From: Gammaproteobacteria bacterium
Lineage (GTDB): Bacteria; Pseudomonadota; Gammaproteobacteria; Magnimaribacterales; TMED112
Reading direction: 5' to 3'
Assembly: GCA_038133485.1 (NCBI GenBank)
Contig: JAYPTH010000004.1
Location: 1,023-65,022, forward strand
Length of the DNA: 64,000 bases
In this document: positions 60,828 through 64,000 of the stretch, piece after piece
Layout of the letters: every line of letters starts with the position of its first letter
Position numbering within the stretch: the first letter of the stretch is position 1
The notes under the pieces: model-generated
Seen by the model: the letters and a program-made list of their open reading frames with translations, nothing else
The model's database searches: none
Told to the model about the DNA's origin: nothing
Program-made: the position numbers and the translations under genes

Positions 60828-61900
60828 AAAGATACAGTCTTTGCGTGCATAAGATCTGAAGTTAGATACACATTATCGGGCACATTCTCAAATTCTATTA
60901 ATTCCTGAACCTTGTCTGAGAGAAGCTTAAAATCGCCAAATACAACTTTGCCCTCTGGATAACAAATATCTAAGACCTCTCCAGCACCCCCTCGATTCCA
61001 TCCGCATATTTTTTTACCCATCATGGCAGCTTCTAATAATGTTCGACCAAATGGTTCAGGTTTGCTTGAAAGATTAAAAACAATATCAGATAAAAAATAG
61101 ATATCTCTAATATCATTAATAGCATCATAAAATTCTATTCTTTCGCCCAGCCTGTAATTTTGAATTAATTGTTTGAGCTCTTTAACATACTTAGGTTTTG
61201 CAGAGTTGTATGGACCAACGATTAATCCAGCAAACTCTGTTGGCAAATCAGAAAGAAGCTTAATAAAAGATTCTTGACCTTTCCAGCTTGATAATCTTCC
61301 TGGAAATGTAAGTAGATGCTTATTTTTTAGGTTTGGAAATTTGAGAAAAAAGTTATCAACATAGTTCTTTTGAGGACTATATTTCTTATTAAAGTAATCA
61401 CTATCTGAGCCACGATAAATCAACTTAGGTGCGCTCTTGAGGTGTTGCTTATAATTGCTATTTATGTAAGTTTCGACGGTTTTAGAAATTGCAATTACCT
61501 TATCAAAACTTGCCATAATTCGGCTATAGAATGGTGTGCTATATAGTCCATGAAAAGTTGAAAAAATCAGTGGTCTTGGGTTTTTTAGAAAAAGTTTTGA
61601 TGCTTGCAAAACCCATGCAGGAACTCTTGACCTAATATGCACAATATCTGGAGAAATTTCATTAATAACATCTGCAAGTTTTTTTGCTTTAAGTAAAGTA
61701 AATAAACTTTTCTTAGCAACTCCTATATGGATATGCTGGCCACCATCTTGAATCAGATTTTTGACTTGTCTTCCACCATCAGAAATGACATAAGAAGAAT
61801 GTCCATTTTTTGTAAGATATTTATTAAAATCAAGAACACCTCTTTCAACTCCTCCCGTATTCAAGTTGGGAAGTATCTGGATTATTTTTAATTTTCTCAT
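60797..61900 (-). CDS. GT4 glycosyltransferase
   Basis: GGVERG, HIRSRVPAW, STFHG.YS, GRLSSWKG, PEPFGR..LEA. Confidence 0.88.
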   Translation of the reverse strand: MRKLKIIQILPNLNTGGVERGVLDFNKYLTKNGHSSYVISDGGRQVKNLIQDGGQHIHIGVAKKSLFTLLKAKKLADVINEISPDIVHIRSRVPAWVLQASKLFLKNPRPLIFSTFHGLYSTPFYSRIMASFDKVIAISKTVETYINSNYKQHLKSAPKLIYRGSDSDYFNKKYSPQKNYVDNFFLKFPNLKNKHLLTFPGRLSSWKGQESFIKLLSDLPTEFAGLIVGPYNSAKPKYVKELKQLIQNYRLGERIEFYDAINDIRDIYFLSDIVFNLSSKPEPFGRTLLEAAMMGKKICGWNRGGAGEVLDICYPEGKVVFGDFKLLSDKVQELIEFENVPDNVYLTSDLMHAKTVSFYLDALEDIS

Positions 61901-62133
61901 CCTAGTGTGTTGACGCGTATCCTCCCATACCTCGTCTCTTCAAAAACCACATCAATAGTCTTTAACGACTTATTTACTATCTCAATCATTTTAGATGAAT
62001 TACCACAAATTATAATTAAAGGGAGTGAGTTTTGGTTATTAAGCACAAAATCCTCCACCGCATCCTTAACCTCATGATGTCTTACTCCATGTAGATCTAA
62101 ATGTAAAATGTGGTCTTCAAAGAAAGTCTTCAA
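61897..62133 (-). CDS. Small Smr-domain-like protein
   Basis: LDLHG and IICGNS pattern; TTG start. Confidence 0.6.
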   Translation of the reverse strand: MKTFFEDHILHLDLHGVRHHEVKDAVEDFVLNNQNSLPLIIICGNSSKMIEIVNKSLKTIDVVFEETRYGRIRVNTLG

Positions 62134-62140
62134 ACAGTTA

Positions 62141-63106
62141 CTAATTCCTATATATCTTTATCGTTTTTGTGCCATTAGAATGCCTGTATGCTCTAGCCAT
62201 GGCTGGGGTATTAAATTCCATAGCAACCTGGCCAGCTTGGTCAAGGACAATAACGCCTCCATCTGCCCCAATAGCTTTTAATTCATTAATGACTTCTTCT
62301 GCAGCATTATTAATAGAAATCTCTTGGTATTTTGCACGGTCACAAATTTCTTTCGCAACATTAAATCTGATAAAGAATTCACCATGGCCTGTGCCAGATA
62401 CTCCGCATCCACCGTTCTCTGCCCAAGTGCCTGCTCCTATAATAGGCGCATCACCAATTCTGCCGGGCATCTTGTTTGACATGCCTCCAGTTGAAGTTCC
62501 AGCTGCAATGTTGCCATAAGCATCTAAAGCAACCACTCCTACAGTTCCCATTTTATTGTCTTTATTCTGTTTTCGAACTCTCTCTAATTTTTCTTTGGAG
62601 TAAAAATAACTTGGATCAACTATTTCTAAACCTGCAGACTTTGCCACTTCTTCTGCACCTTCCCCACCAAACATTACATGCTTCGTTTGTTCCATGATAT
62701 GTCTTGCCAGTTTAATTGGGTTTTTTACAACTGATACACCGGCAACAGCTCCTGCATCTTGATTCTTTCCAAACATAATTGAGGCATCCATCTCTTGTTT
62801 CTCTTCTGAGGTGTACACCGACCCCTTGCCGGCGTTAAACAGTTCATTATTCTCAAGAATTACAATTGCCTGCTCCACGGCATCTAAGCTACTTGATCCA
62901 TTTACAAGCAAGCCATAACCTACATCCAGAGCATCTTCTAAACCTTTATAGATGCCTTCTATTTGCTCATCTGGCATATTGGCAAACCAGCCTGCTCCAC
63001 CATGTATTACGATTGCTATTGGTCCAGTTTTTTCTACGGAGTTTAGTTCTAATGGGAAATTGAAAAAAATTAATGTTAAGAAATAAAGGCGAAATTTTTT
63101 ATTCAT
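62141..63106 (-). CDS. iaaA: Isoaspartyl peptidase / L-asparaginase
   Basis: IHGGAG, FNAGKGS, MDASIM, GTVGVVALD, TSTGG, GRIGD, TGHGE. Confidence 0.93.
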   Translation of the reverse strand: MNKKFRLYFLTLIFFNFPLELNSVEKTGPIAIVIHGGAGWFANMPDEQIEGIYKGLEDALDVGYGLLVNGSSSLDAVEQAIVILENNELFNAGKGSVYTSEEKQEMDASIMFGKNQDAGAVAGVSVVKNPIKLARHIMEQTKHVMFGGEGAEEVAKSAGLEIVDPSYFYSKEKLERVRKQNKDNKMGTVGVVALDAYGNIAAGTSTGGMSNKMPGRIGDAPIIGAGTWAENGGCGVSGTGHGEFFIRFNVAKEICDRAKYQEISINNAAEEVINELKAIGADGGVIVLDQAGQVAMEFNTPAMARAYRHSNGTKTIKIYRN

Positions 63107-63983
63107 TTTTTCTATAATATGCTACATAGTCTACAACCAATTTCTTTACATCAGGACAATTTTCACGACTGCGACAATATTCATCAGATCGGGGATCGCC
63201 TGGAAAATTTCCACCAACTGCAACATTTATTAACATATGGAATTGCTCAAGAAATGGGTTTGGATTCAATGCATCCAGATTACTGTAGGGTAGCTGATAT
63301 ATGGAAGAACCATTCAAAAACCACTCAAAACCCTCCTCGTCCCACTCTAAACTCATCACATTATGATCATCTGGGTTTGTAAGTTTAGTTAATTGATTTA
63401 GGTAGGTCGTTTTCCCGACAAATCGGTGGTAATCATGGCCATAGTGAACGGTAGTAAAAAGCTCATTTGATTTTGTGTTGACTGTTTCCATTAAGTCAAT
63501 TTCACCACTTTTAGGCCAACCGCCATACCTATAATACTCTGGCAAAAACCATAGCGCGGGCCAAACACCTGTCATCTCTGGAACGCTGAACGAAACATCT
63601 ATTTTTCCGAATTGAAACAACTGATTACTAGAAGAATTTAACCGTGCACTTGCATATTCGCCATCGGAGTATGTTGGAATAATAAACAAACAATCATTAG
63701 CCAAGTAAACATTATTTTCGTTATCGCCATAGATTTGTTTTTCGTTATTGCCCCAACCTGGAATGCCATAATTTGAGCCATCGCCATACATGTAGCTCCA
63801 TATAGCCTCGTCTAAAACGGTATCAGAGAAGTTATCAACCCACTCTAAAGTGTAATTATCATAAGCATTAGGAGTATTTTTAGGGCAATAATCAAATGTA
63901 TCTGGTATTTCAGGAATAATTGGTTGGGGTATCTCAGACTTTTGCGAATTATTTGAACACCCACTTAGAGCAAAAACTAACAC
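63099..63983 (-). CDS. GH16 glycoside hydrolase (laminarinase-like) lipoprotein; true start may lie beyond the window
   Basis: GWGNNE.Q.Y, WPALW, WPKSGEIDLME catalytic motif, NVAVGG; lipobox LSGC; frame stays open to the window edge. Confidence 0.9.
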   Translation of the reverse strand: MLVFALSGCSNNSQKSEIPQPIIPEIPDTFDYCPKNTPNAYDNYTLEWVDNFSDTVLDEAIWSYMYGDGSNYGIPGWGNNEKQIYGDNENNVYLANDCLFIIPTYSDGEYASARLNSSSNQLFQFGKIDVSFSVPEMTGVWPALWFLPEYYRYGGWPKSGEIDLMETVNTKSNELFTTVHYGHDYHRFVGKTTYLNQLTKLTNPDDHNVMSLEWDEEGFEWFLNGSSIYQLPYSNLDALNPNPFLEQFHMLINVAVGGNFPGDPRSDEYCRSRENCPDVKKLVVDYVAYYRKNE

Positions 63984-64000
63984 GAAAAAAACGTGAAAAA

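Overview
AT-rich, very compact bacterial chromosome segment with many overlapping genes. Gene content and streamlining resemble a marine SAR86-like gammaproteobacterium (inference). Housekeeping content: a complete trpFBAEGDC cluster, pheA, trmJ/suhB, queA-tgt-yajC-secDF, rluC/rne, nhaB, dusA, a split metG, FNR-rnfB-bfd-bfr, pdxJ, ggt, queF, MoxR/VWA, tatD, a plcP-agt-like pair, two TonB-dependent receptors, a GH16 and five tRNAs. Four strong Fur-type boxes and one weaker one outline an iron regulon. No integrase, transposase, prophage or CRISPR array was seen. The most striking unexplained elements are in intergenic DNA. (1) 44663-45064: a near-consensus LexA box sits over a 54-aa ORF absent from the ORF track that ends in a beta-clamp-like motif (QKSLF). 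It is followed by a ~190-nt structured, terminated RNA with a 16-nt perfect complement of the 16S rRNA 3' end. (2) 12842-13066: a ~225-nt multi-branched ncRNA with its own promoter and terminator, a kissing-loop pseudoknot and two self-complementary loops. Other oddities: tRNA-Arg(UCG) overlapping a stop codon, RNase E lacking the Zn-link, a switch-like rne leader, and many apparently leaderless genes. All calls were made by eye; no database search or folding program was run.
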